DNA of 64,000 nucleotides, from positions 76,422 through 140,421 of the forward strand of contig DAHXOO010000002.1 of assembly GCA_027364845.1 (NCBI GenBank). The letters are read 5' to 3'. Source of the DNA: Pseudomonadota bacterium (GTDB lineage: Bacteria > Pseudomonadota > Gammaproteobacteria > Acidiferrobacterales > UBA6901). The notes under the pieces were generated by a model, which was not told the DNA's origin, made no database searches, and saw nothing but the letters and a program-made list of their open reading frames with translations. Positions 56,508-64,000 of this stretch are shown here, piece by piece. The position numbers and the translations under genes are program-made. Within the stretch, counting starts at the first letter, position 1; each line of letters starts with the position of its first letter.

Positions 56508-57577
56508 GCTGACAAGCTCTCCTGCTCGGTTCCATGAGAATAGAGTAGGGACTGTGCCGGGTCTATGGCCAGCACCAACTCGGCGCCGACGGGCAGCGCC
56601 TCGGCAATCGGCAGTCGCAGCGTAACACCGTGCAGATCGCAGCGCAGTTCCACACCAGCGCCTGTCACGACACTGCTTAATACCCGAGCGCGCGCTTGCC
56701 AGAGTGCGTGCGTCGGAGCCTCGAGGCGCAGTGCCTGCGCACGCAGGTACAATCGCACGCTGCCGTCCGGCGGCGCTTTTGTCGGCCCGGAGCTCAACAG
56801 GCAAGCGCCCCAGGGTGCATGCAGGCTTCCGCCCTCGATCTGTGCCGACCACGGGCCGAAGGCGTCGGTGAAACGTGCCACCGCTTCGCAGTGCGGGTGG
56901 CGCCAAAGCTCGCGCGGCGTATCGATCTGCAGCAGTCGCCCTGCTTCCATCACGCCCACGCGGTCGGCCAAGGCCAGAGCCTCGCGCCGGTCGTGGGTAA
57001 TGGTGAGAGCGGATAGCCCGTGCTCGCGAACCACGCTTCCGATGAGCTCCCGCAATTCCTCGCGCAGGCCGGCGTCGAGGCTGGACAATGGTTCGTCGCA
57101 CAGCAGTAGCCTCGGGCGAACCGCCAATGCCCGAGCCAGGGCCACACGCTGCTGCTGTCCGCCTGAGAGTTCGTGCGGACACCGCTCCTCGAGTCCTCCT
57201 AAACCCACCCGCTCGAGCATGCGGAGTGCATGACGGTGCGCGTCACGGCCATCGCGCACCCGCAGCGGCAAGGCGACGTTATCGAGTGCGGTCAGATGCG
57301 GCCACAGCGCATAATCCTGAAATACCATACCGAGCCGGCGTTTTTCGGGTGGCAAACCCTGGGTCCCCGGCGCATCCACCAGTGCGCCGTTCAGAACGAT
57401 GCGTCCGGAATCCACTCGCTCCAGGCCAGCCACGAGGCGCAGCAATGTGGTCTTGCCCGAACCCGACGCCCCCAGCAGAGTGACGATTTCGCCGCGACCG
57501 ACGGTCAGCGTGAGGCCACACAGCGCGTCGTGCTGGCCGTAGCGTTTGTGTACGGTGTCGATTTCCAGAAGCGTCAT
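56504..57577 (-). CDS. ABC importer ATP-binding protein (FbpC/PotA-like, with C-terminal TOBE-like domain)
   Basis: Walker A GASGSGKTT, signature LSGGQQQRVALARAL, Walker B LLLCDEPLSSLD. ATG at 57577 (MTLLEIDTV). Confidence 0.9.
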   Translation of the reverse strand: MTLLEIDTVHKRYGQHDALCGLTLTVGRGEIVTLLGASGSGKTTLLRLVAGLERVDSGRIVLNGALVDAPGTQGLPPEKRRLGMVFQDYALWPHLTALDNVALPLRVRDGRDAHRHALRMLERVGLGGLEERCPHELSGGQQQRVALARALAVRPRLLLCDEPLSSLDAGLREELRELIGSVVREHGLSALTITHDRREALALADRVGVMEAGRLLQIDTPRELWRHPHCEAVARFTDAFGPWSAQIEGGSLHAPWGACLLSSGPTKAPPDGSVRLYLRAQALRLEAPTHALWQARARVLSSVVTGAGVELRCDLHGVTLRLPIAEALPVGAELVLAIDPAQSLLYSHGTEQESLSA

Positions 57578-57584
57578 CCATTCC

Positions 57585-59333
57585 TCATCGCGGTGCTGCC
57601 GCGGAGACGACGTAGCCACGACCGAATGAAAGCCGCACGAAGACGGTGCGGGCCAGCACGGCGAAGGTCAACAGCAGCGCCATGCCGAGTAGTTGCAGCC
57701 GGGCCTGCTGGTGCAACTGAACCCCGCTCACCGAATCCAGCAGGGCCACGGCCAGCGGCGGATGTCCTGCAGGATAGAGCAACTCCGAGGCCGGCAGTTC
57801 GAAAGCCACGTGCAGCACGGACAGCAACCAGGCCGAGAACAGCGGCCGCGCCAACAGCGGCAGCTCCACATGGCGCAGCGACTGCAGACGCGAAAGACCA
57901 TGCACGCGCGCCGCCTCGCCGAACCGGTGATGCAGCTGCGTCACTGGGCCCTGCAGCACCTTCGTCGCCGCCGGCAGCGCCAGCGCCACATAAGCCATCG
58001 CCAGAAGACCACTCCCTCCATATAACGGGGTATAGGGCTGGTTGTAGGCCAGCACGTAGGCTGCAGAAAGTACGATGCCCGGCAACGCCATCACTGCCAG
58101 CAGCGCGAAGTCCAGGATCCTGGCGACACGACCACGCTTCGTCACCGCCATGGCCACTGGCCATGCCAGCGTGACCGTGACGCTGGCCGCCAGAACCGCC
58201 AGCTCCAGCGAGTAGCTGAACGCCGGCAGCACGGCGCGCAGCATTGCCATCAGATCCGCGGGATCTGCCCCGCTGTGGGCCAGACTGCCGGCGGCGAGCA
58301 AGGGCACGCCCACGCCCAGCGCTGCCAGACTGCCGGCGGCGAGCGTGTGTGCCGTGGCAGCCCGGCGCGTCAGACGCAGCGGGGCTGCAGGCCGGAAGCG
58401 CGGACCCAGACTGCACCGGCTCGCAGCATGCTTGCCGAGCCACGCCTGGAGCATCAGCGCGGGCACAATCAGCGCGAGCAACAGCCAGGAACCGGCCGCG
58501 GCCACGGGAAAGTTAAGAGGCATTGCATTGACCGACTGCTCGATCGCGTACGTGGCCAAAACGATTCCGCTTCCAGCGCCGAGCGTGGCGGCCACCGTGA
58601 AGTCACTCATGGACTCCGCGAACGCAGCGGCAAAGCCAGCCGCAAGCCCGGGCAGCAGCAGCCCGACCGCCAGCCCCAGTCGCCGCCAGCGCGACAGTCC
58701 CAATACCCGCGCCGCCTCGTCTGGTGCGGCGCTGACCGACCGGAGACTGGATTGCATTGCGAGGAAGGTGAAGGGCAACGCCTTGAGCGTCAGCGTCAGT
58801 ACGATGCCGACCGGCCCGAGCAGGTTCTGGACAAGGCTCAGCAGCCACGGCCAGTGCGCCAGAGGACCGACGGGTGCGGCCAGCAATATCCAGCCGGAGG
58901 CCAGAAAATAACCCGGCATCACCAGCAGCAGCCATATCCCGGGCTCGATCCAGCCACGCCATGCCAGCAGGCTGCGCACCTGTAGCCAGGCCAGCCACGA
59001 ACCGAGCGGCAATGCAATCAGTGCGGCGGCAAGGGCAACCATCAGCGAGTTGCGCAGTGCCAATGCCATTCCACCATGCAGCGCCTGAACAAAAGGCCGG
59101 AAACTCGGGGTTAGTCCGCCGTGCAGCAACCCTGGAATGAAGGCGCACAGCAGGAAGCTCAGGAGCGGCCAGCCCCACAGCGCACAGGCTGCAAATCCCA
59201 GCACGACAATGCCGGTGATCTCGCCGGTGCTCCGGTGCCGCCGCGCTGCAGCCGGTTGTAACACGGCCACTGGCGAATCCGCCATCGAATAGCTATACGG
59301 CTGGGGATCCGTGCTCAGTTCAGTGAGCGACAT
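57585..59333 (-). CDS. ABC importer permease, fused two-domain type (FbpB-like)
   Basis: 582 aa, about 12 TM, with two EAA-like loops (DEAARVLGLSRWRRL and GEAARVHGLSRLQSL). Confidence 0.85.
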   Translation of the reverse strand: MSLTELSTDPQPYSYSMADSPVAVLQPAAARRHRSTGEITGIVVLGFAACALWGWPLLSFLLCAFIPGLLHGGLTPSFRPFVQALHGGMALALRNSLMVALAAALIALPLGSWLAWLQVRSLLAWRGWIEPGIWLLLVMPGYFLASGWILLAAPVGPLAHWPWLLSLVQNLLGPVGIVLTLTLKALPFTFLAMQSSLRSVSAAPDEAARVLGLSRWRRLGLAVGLLLPGLAAGFAAAFAESMSDFTVAATLGAGSGIVLATYAIEQSVNAMPLNFPVAAAGSWLLLALIVPALMLQAWLGKHAASRCSLGPRFRPAAPLRLTRRAATAHTLAAGSLAALGVGVPLLAAGSLAHSGADPADLMAMLRAVLPAFSYSLELAVLAASVTVTLAWPVAMAVTKRGRVARILDFALLAVMALPGIVLSAAYVLAYNQPYTPLYGGSGLLAMAYVALALPAATKVLQGPVTQLHHRFGEAARVHGLSRLQSLRHVELPLLARPLFSAWLLSVLHVAFELPASELLYPAGHPPLAVALLDSVSGVQLHQQARLQLLGMALLLTFAVLARTVFVRLSFGRGYVVSAAAPR

Positions 59334-60360
59334 GGGCCGTGAACCAGTACACGACTGTTGGCTCTCGTGGCCCCCACTGGGCCGCGCTCAGCACCAGCGG
59401 CTGCACACCCGCCAGTCCAGCCAGCGCAGACACGGCCCCAACACCAGCGAGCAGCGGCTGATAATTCGAATCGGCCGAACTATCGCCGGCCTGGAGCACC
59501 TTCTGACCGGCTGGCGAGAGCACGAACTGCACGAAGCGGCGTGCCGACTGAAGCATCCCGCCGGTGACGTGCGCACCGATGGCGATATCGGAGGGCAGCT
59601 CGACGCTGGGCGCCGCCGCGACGACACGTAACCCCGGCTGCCGCTGGGCAAGGCCCAGTGCCGCCGAACTCTGCACCACCGCGACATCGATCTGCCCGTA
59701 CTGCAGCGCGCGCAGGGTCACGCTGTTGCGGGGGAAAACCTTGAGCCCATTGGCATTGAGCCGCTCGAAATACCGCTCACCGGCTGCCAATCCGAGGTGC
59801 TGCATCATGCCCGCGACGAAAGGGTAGGTCGGCCCGGAAATCGCAGGATTGTCCATGCCCACCCTGCCGCGCAATGCCGGCTTTACAAGGTCGCCCCAGC
59901 GCTTCGGCCAATCGCCCTGGGGCAGACGCCGGGTATCGACCAGCATGACGCCGGCATAGGTCACGCCCACCGGAAGATAGCACCGGTCGGCCGGCACCAG
60001 CGCCTGGCCTTGTGGCGTGTAGCGCACCGGGGGCAGCCATCCGCAACTCAGTTGGCGACTTCTGGCAAATTCGCGCATCGCCAGATTGCCGTCGAACCAC
60101 AGCACATCCCATTGTGAATGCGCGCCCTCGGCCTGTACCCGCGCCAGTAGTGGACCGGTGCTCAAGTGCACAAGGTTGACCCGGATGCCGGTGGCACGTG
60201 TAAATGCCTGGGCAACCTTTCGGTCGTAACCCATGGCAGCGTAGACGGTGAGCGTGGCGGCGCGCACCTGCGCTACCACACCCAGAATGGAAATCAGCCC
60301 GAATAACACTAGGCGCAAGATTCTCGAGAGAGACGGTGGCGGCATGGATGAAGTTCTCAT
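59320..60360 (-). CDS. ABC importer periplasmic substrate-binding protein (Fe(III)/FbpA-AfuA-like family; substrate not certain)
   Basis: Signal peptide LVLFGLISILGVVAQVRA, then TLTVYAAMGYD. ATG at 60360 makes an ATGA overlap with the tonB stop. Confidence 0.8.
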   Translation of the reverse strand: MRTSSMPPPSLSRILRLVLFGLISILGVVAQVRAATLTVYAAMGYDRKVAQAFTRATGIRVNLVHLSTGPLLARVQAEGAHSQWDVLWFDGNLAMREFARSRQLSCGWLPPVRYTPQGQALVPADRCYLPVGVTYAGVMLVDTRRLPQGDWPKRWGDLVKPALRGRVGMDNPAISGPTYPFVAGMMQHLGLAAGERYFERLNANGLKVFPRNSVTLRALQYGQIDVAVVQSSAALGLAQRQPGLRVVAAAPSVELPSDIAIGAHVTGGMLQSARRFVQFVLSPAGQKVLQAGDSSADSNYQPLLAGVGAVSALAGLAGVQPLVLSAAQWGPREPTVVYWFTAHVAH

Positions 60361-61067
60361 GGGTTGGGCAATCGAAAGCGTACCCGGATCTGGAAGGCCA
60401 TGCGTTGACCTTGGAGTTCCGCGGGCGTCGTGGGATAGGGCGCATCGCGCACCGCTTGCACAGCGGCATGGTCCAGCATCCCGATCCCGCAACTGCGCGC
60501 CACGCGCACCGCGCTGATTCGTCCATCGCGATATTGGAACGCCACCACGGTGCTTCCAGTCAGCCGCATTAGGCCCGCCGCAACTGGGTAGCGCACTGCG
60601 GCCTGAATAGCACTGCGCAGCGCTGCTTCGAAGCTGGCCCGGACCGACGCAAGTTCGCGCGCGGGCGGGCTGACCGGTATCAGCGGCTGAGTTTCGGCGA
60701 TCGGGGCAGACGCAGGAGCAACCCTAGGCTGCGGCAGCATCCGAGGTGGCACCAAAGGTTCGGGCGGAGCGCGATGCAACCGCTTGTGCGCCACCGGCCG
60801 CGGCCGCGGTTTCTCGACCGGCTGCAGCACGGGAGGAGACGGACGGGGCTGGGGTGGCGCCACAGTCTGGCGCGCCGGCCTCGGTGCCTCCAATACGATC
60901 GCGACCACTGGGGGCAGTGGTGGCGTGGTAGTCGACCGCGCCCACCAGAGTACTGCAGCGACGATCACGGATTCGAGGGCCAGGGCCAGGGCGGCGGCGG
61001 CCGACCAGCGTCGAGGGTCATTCGATCCGGTCCGGGACGATGCCGGGCCGTGCATCACGGCGCTCAT
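60357..61067 (-). CDS. TonB-family energy transducer
   Basis: N-terminal TM anchor, a Pro-rich spacer (PPLPPV...PPQPRPSPPVLQPVEKPRPRP), and a C-terminal TonB domain (YPVAAGLMRLTGSTVVAFQ...). Confidence 0.85.
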   Translation of the reverse strand: MSAVMHGPASSRTGSNDPRRWSAAAALALALESVIVAAVLWWARSTTTPPLPPVVAIVLEAPRPARQTVAPPQPRPSPPVLQPVEKPRPRPVAHKRLHRAPPEPLVPPRMLPQPRVAPASAPIAETQPLIPVSPPARELASVRASFEAALRSAIQAAVRYPVAAGLMRLTGSTVVAFQYRDGRISAVRVARSCGIGMLDHAAVQAVRDAPYPTTPAELQGQRMAFQIRVRFRLPNP

Positions 61068-61222
61068 TCGCCGCTGTCTATACAGTGGGTAGATATCCGG
61101 CAGATGTCGGACCTATCGCAGCGTGAGGCATGTATCATCGATCTTTCCTTTTTTGCGGCTAGCAAATGCTCCCGCGCACTGATCCGACGGCACACCGGGA
61201 TCATAGACAACAGCCCCGAAGC

Positions 61223-61246
61223 GGCGACATCCGTGTCGCCTTTTTT
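61223..61246 (+). terminator. Orphan plus-strand intrinsic-terminator-like hairpin in the receptor-tonB gap
   Basis: GGCGACA-TCCG-TGTCGCC followed by T6 on the plus strand. Both flanking genes are on the minus strand. Confidence 0.5.
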
Positions 61247-61399
61247 GTCTTGCCGATGCCGGGCATCGTAACTTTCCGTAATGCACAACCCCATGTCGAG
61301 CGCGCCGGCCCATCAACGCCCGCGACGCATTATCGCCAGTCTTGTACTCCGCCAAGCCGACGGAGCTTTGCGGTCCCGGCTCGATGGTCGCGCAGCCGC

Positions 61400-63769
61400 T
61401 CAGAAATCGGCGGCGATGCTTATGTACTCGGTCCTCGGGGCACCAGGCAGTGCGAGAACTTGTCCTTGCGAACTGGGGCCAAGAAAACCGCCGCTGGTGA
61501 TGTATTCGAAAGGGTTGTACTGCTTGTCGAACACGTTCAGTACATCGAAGCTGATCTTCACGTCGCGCAATTCGGGACCCGGATGGGGGATTGTCGTATC
61601 GAGACCCAAATTGAACGTGCCATAGGCGGGGATTTTCTGCTGGGTCGGGATACCCAGGTTGTTGTTGAACATGGTCTGCTGGCCGATGTACTGGTACCAG
61701 GCACGCGGTACGTACAGGATTCCAGCTGCATAGTATTTGTACGCCGCGCCCAGGTTGAAAGTGCTGTCGGGCACATTCGAGACGGGCAGCCCCGAATAGC
61801 TCACGCCTCCGGTCGTGTAATTGTTGAAGGTCGCTTTTTCAATATTCAGATTACTGAAGACATGCAGGTTGTAAAGGGGATCATCCGCGAGCGCGATATT
61901 GACGCCTTTGTAGACGGAATCGCCGTCGGCGTCACCAAGGAAGTTACCATTGGCATCGGTCAGTGCGATGAACTGGTTGCTGAAGTTCAGGTGATAATAC
62001 GAGACGCTCAGCAGGAAGTTCCGCAGGACACCATGATTCCGCAGTTGCGTTTTGAAGCCGATATTATAGTCCTCGCTCTTTTCGAGGTTGTAGATGGGCG
62101 GCAACGACTGGAACAGGCCGCCGCCACCACCGACCTGCGGTTCCTTATAGGCAACGGCATAATTTCCGAACAGCGCCAGCCAGCGCCGTGCGCGCCAGTT
62201 GAGGTCGATCGAAGGTTCGGCCTTGGCATGCGATACGTTGGCAGCAGGCAACGTCCCCTGGTCGTTTGCGGGATTGAGCGCATAGGCCTGCGGGAAATCC
62301 GCCTGGCCCCCGGGAAAGTAGCTCGTTTCATAGGTGATGAAGCGCACTCCCGGCGTGGCTTCGAAGTTAGGCGTGGGGCTGATCCGGTCCTGCACGAAAG
62401 CAGCGAGGTCGGTCTGATCCCAGTAGTCGCTGCGGAAATGCGCGTTTGGCACCGCCTGGCTGCCGAAGTAGGGAGCGTAGGGATTGTAGAATGACTGCCG
62501 CGTGTTGTATTGGCTCTTCAGAAAGAAGCCGCCCGCGCTGACCAGGTTGTACGGAAGCTTGATATCTGTCCAAGCCTTCTCGCCGTAAACCGAAGTGCGT
62601 GGATCGTTGTATTCATACAGATTGCCCGGATTGCTCAGCCCGTAGTTGGCGTAGTGCTGATGAAGGCGTTCGCCCAGACGGTACCAGATCAGGTTGTGGA
62701 AAGTCAGCGTCGAGTCCAGGTCGACATTGAGCTTGTTGTAGATCAGTCGGGTCCTGTTGGTATCCTGCTTGTACCACACGCTGGGAGATATGGCGCCGTA
62801 AAAACCTGAAGTCGGCTGGCTATAAAGCGGAGAACTGGCGGCCCCGGTCTCGGTCACCCCGGCAGTCGGGGCGACCGGAATCATCACCGGCCGGTAGCCC
62901 TGGCCCTCCGCTTGATACAGACCGATCGACATGTTGCCGGTGTCAAAGGTTTTGCGTGTCTTGAGAAAATACGCGTAGTTGCTGCTTGGGTTATTGAATC
63001 CGTCGGGTGTATTGCGATAGCTGTTCGACTTGCCATGCCCTCCGGCCACAACGGTCGACCAGCCGTCATGGCTGCCGGTGTCGGCGGCAAAGAACTCATT
63101 CTGCGCGCCGTAGTTGCCGGCGGCCATGCCAATCGTTCCTCCGGCCTTTTTTGTCGGCTGCATCGGCACGAAATCGATCTGCCCCGCAATGTTGTTATAC
63201 CAGCGGTCCACGGGATTGCCCGGGCCATAGGTGATTCCGATTCCCTGCAGCAATTGGAGTTGCGGGACTTGTGGGGTCGCCCACAATCCGCTCGAGGGGT
63301 TAACCATCGGCACACCGTCGAAGGTCACGGACAGCGCCCCATTGTCGATTTGTCCTGCGGAAAACCCGCCCCAGCCCTGCTTCAGGCCGTTGATGCTAAT
63401 AGAGTTCTTGGTCGATCCGGTCGACCCGTAACCGGTGACCGCCACGCCGGGAGCGACGGACAAGGCTTGCGCCGCACCCGCCACCGGGCCTACCGCCCTG
63501 AGTTCGTGCTTGTCGACAACCTTGACTGACTGTCCGGTGCGAAACTGGTGCTTTTGTTTAAGATTTTTGCTTTCCTGGGACTGTTGTTGCTGGGGTGGCC
63601 CTTCCTGGCCTGCGGCCTGCACCGTGCCGAGGCTCGTAGGCGCGCCAGCGGCGAGCGCGGTAGCGGCGCGCGCCCCCGCCATCACCACCAGCAGTACCTG
63701 GGAAATCCGGCTGGGTTTGAATACATGACGGTCGGTACGGCTAGGCATGTGATCCTCCGCGCTGTTCAT
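61400..63769 (-). CDS. TonB-dependent outer-membrane receptor
   Basis: 789 aa with a signal peptide, a plug region and a long beta-barrel ending in the aromatic terminus ...ISIAADF. An alternative start lies at 63748. Confidence 0.9.
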   Translation of the reverse strand: MNSAEDHMPSRTDRHVFKPSRISQVLLVVMAGARAATALAAGAPTSLGTVQAAGQEGPPQQQQSQESKNLKQKHQFRTGQSVKVVDKHELRAVGPVAGAAQALSVAPGVAVTGYGSTGSTKNSISINGLKQGWGGFSAGQIDNGALSVTFDGVPMVNPSSGLWATPQVPQLQLLQGIGITYGPGNPVDRWYNNIAGQIDFVPMQPTKKAGGTIGMAAGNYGAQNEFFAADTGSHDGWSTVVAGGHGKSNSYRNTPDGFNNPSSNYAYFLKTRKTFDTGNMSIGLYQAEGQGYRPVMIPVAPTAGVTETGAASSPLYSQPTSGFYGAISPSVWYKQDTNRTRLIYNKLNVDLDSTLTFHNLIWYRLGERLHQHYANYGLSNPGNLYEYNDPRTSVYGEKAWTDIKLPYNLVSAGGFFLKSQYNTRQSFYNPYAPYFGSQAVPNAHFRSDYWDQTDLAAFVQDRISPTPNFEATPGVRFITYETSYFPGGQADFPQAYALNPANDQGTLPAANVSHAKAEPSIDLNWRARRWLALFGNYAVAYKEPQVGGGGGLFQSLPPIYNLEKSEDYNIGFKTQLRNHGVLRNFLLSVSYYHLNFSNQFIALTDANGNFLGDADGDSVYKGVNIALADDPLYNLHVFSNLNIEKATFNNYTTGGVSYSGLPVSNVPDSTFNLGAAYKYYAAGILYVPRAWYQYIGQQTMFNNNLGIPTQQKIPAYGTFNLGLDTTIPHPGPELRDVKISFDVLNVFDKQYNPFEYITSGGFLGPSSQGQVLALPGAPRTEYISIAADF

Positions 63770-64000
63770 TAAGAGTGTTGTTGTGTGTTGCCTTGGCTCG
63801 CGTGACAGCCCGGCAACGGGACGGCATCGTAGGCGACGGATATGAAGGCGAGGTTACGGGAACTTGACCGATTTTTTACCAGATCAGCAACGAAGGGATG
63901 GGGCCGGGGCCGGAGAGATTGGGCCTTGCGGTGCGGCTTTGCGAAGCGGAGCACGGAGGAACTGACGGAAACATCATGGCAATTTTACTTGCTGGCTGGT

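Noticed and set aside
56508-57182. N-terminal 225 codons of track ORF 55761-57182
   Set aside because: It overlaps the well-supported ABC ATPase gene in another frame and is Arg/Ala-rich junk. The true start at 56507 forms an ATGA overlap.
57230-58443. 289-aa (-) and 314-aa (+) alternative-frame ORFs over the ABC permease/ATPase
   Set aside because: They are Ala/Arg/Gly-rich with no motifs, and they overlap well-supported transporter genes.
61064-61294. 76-aa Cys-containing minus-strand ORF in the receptor-tonB gap (4-nt overlap with the tonB start)
   Set aside because: Its composition is unlike neighbouring genes, it has no SD or motif, and it spans the hairpin/T-run. It is probably non-coding, though ribosome profiling could revisit this.
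61166-62494. 442-aa plus-strand ORF antisense to the TonB-dependent receptor
   Set aside because: This is a shadow ORF; the receptor frame ends with the canonical aromatic terminus and has barrel-like composition.
63770-64000. Search for a Fur box or promoter upstream of the TonB-dependent receptor
   Set aside because: No good match to the GATAATGATAATCATTATC-type consensus was seen by eye, and the window ends before the full upstream region.
1-64000. CRISPR arrays, tandem repeats, rRNA/tRNA genes, prophage or integron signatures
   Set aside because: No regularly spaced direct repeats, no rRNA/tRNA-like sequence, and no integrase or phage structural genes were found on either strand. Only the single decayed IS4 fragment was seen.

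Overview
GC-rich (by eye, not computed) proteobacterial chromosomal window. I call about 50 protein genes and see no rRNA, tRNA or CRISPR array. The order thrB(type II)-DUF2782-polA-engB-cytochrome c4 resembles Pseudomonas-type Gammaproteobacteria, but no taxon can be assigned from sequence alone. Most content is housekeeping: tesA/ABC pair, OYE reductase, prmB, modABC, uvrD, polA, engB, cytochrome c4, hemL, thiE, thiD, hemH, rubredoxin. There are also several c-di-GMP signalling genes and a TonB-dependent receptor/TonB/ABC uptake operon. Many ORF-track entries are GC-driven shadow ORFs or over-extended N-termini, so starts were re-picked where a signal peptide, SD or ATGA overlap supports it. 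Two regions stand out. (1) 8799-16103 (-) is one uninterrupted 2434-codon ORF. In a single frame it carries FixC-like ETF:quinone oxidoreductase, FixX-like ferredoxin, a degenerate ACAD-like unit, a complete acyl-CoA dehydrogenase, and ETF-beta-like and ETF-alpha-like modules. It heads an operon with FadI-like thiolase, FadJ/FadB-like enzyme and an acyl-CoA synthetase. This looks like a single-chain version of the E. coli YdiO + YdiQRST (FixABCX-type) module. (2) 18205-26246 has an ArsR-rhodanese regulator with a perfect 10-bp inverted repeat in its divergent promoter. It faces a seven-gene operon: fatty-acid hydroxylase, TVP38-rhodanese, class II amidotransferase, pentaheme cytochrome c, FAD disulfide reductase, ArsS-like radical SAM and a C_GCAxxG_C_C protein. 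I cannot map this operon to a described pathway; the best guess is a sulfur/selenium/metalloid redox system. Smaller oddities are a KAS III-like pseudogene with two compensating frameshifts, a decayed IS4 transposase remnant, and an orphan plus-strand terminator inside a minus-strand uptake operon.
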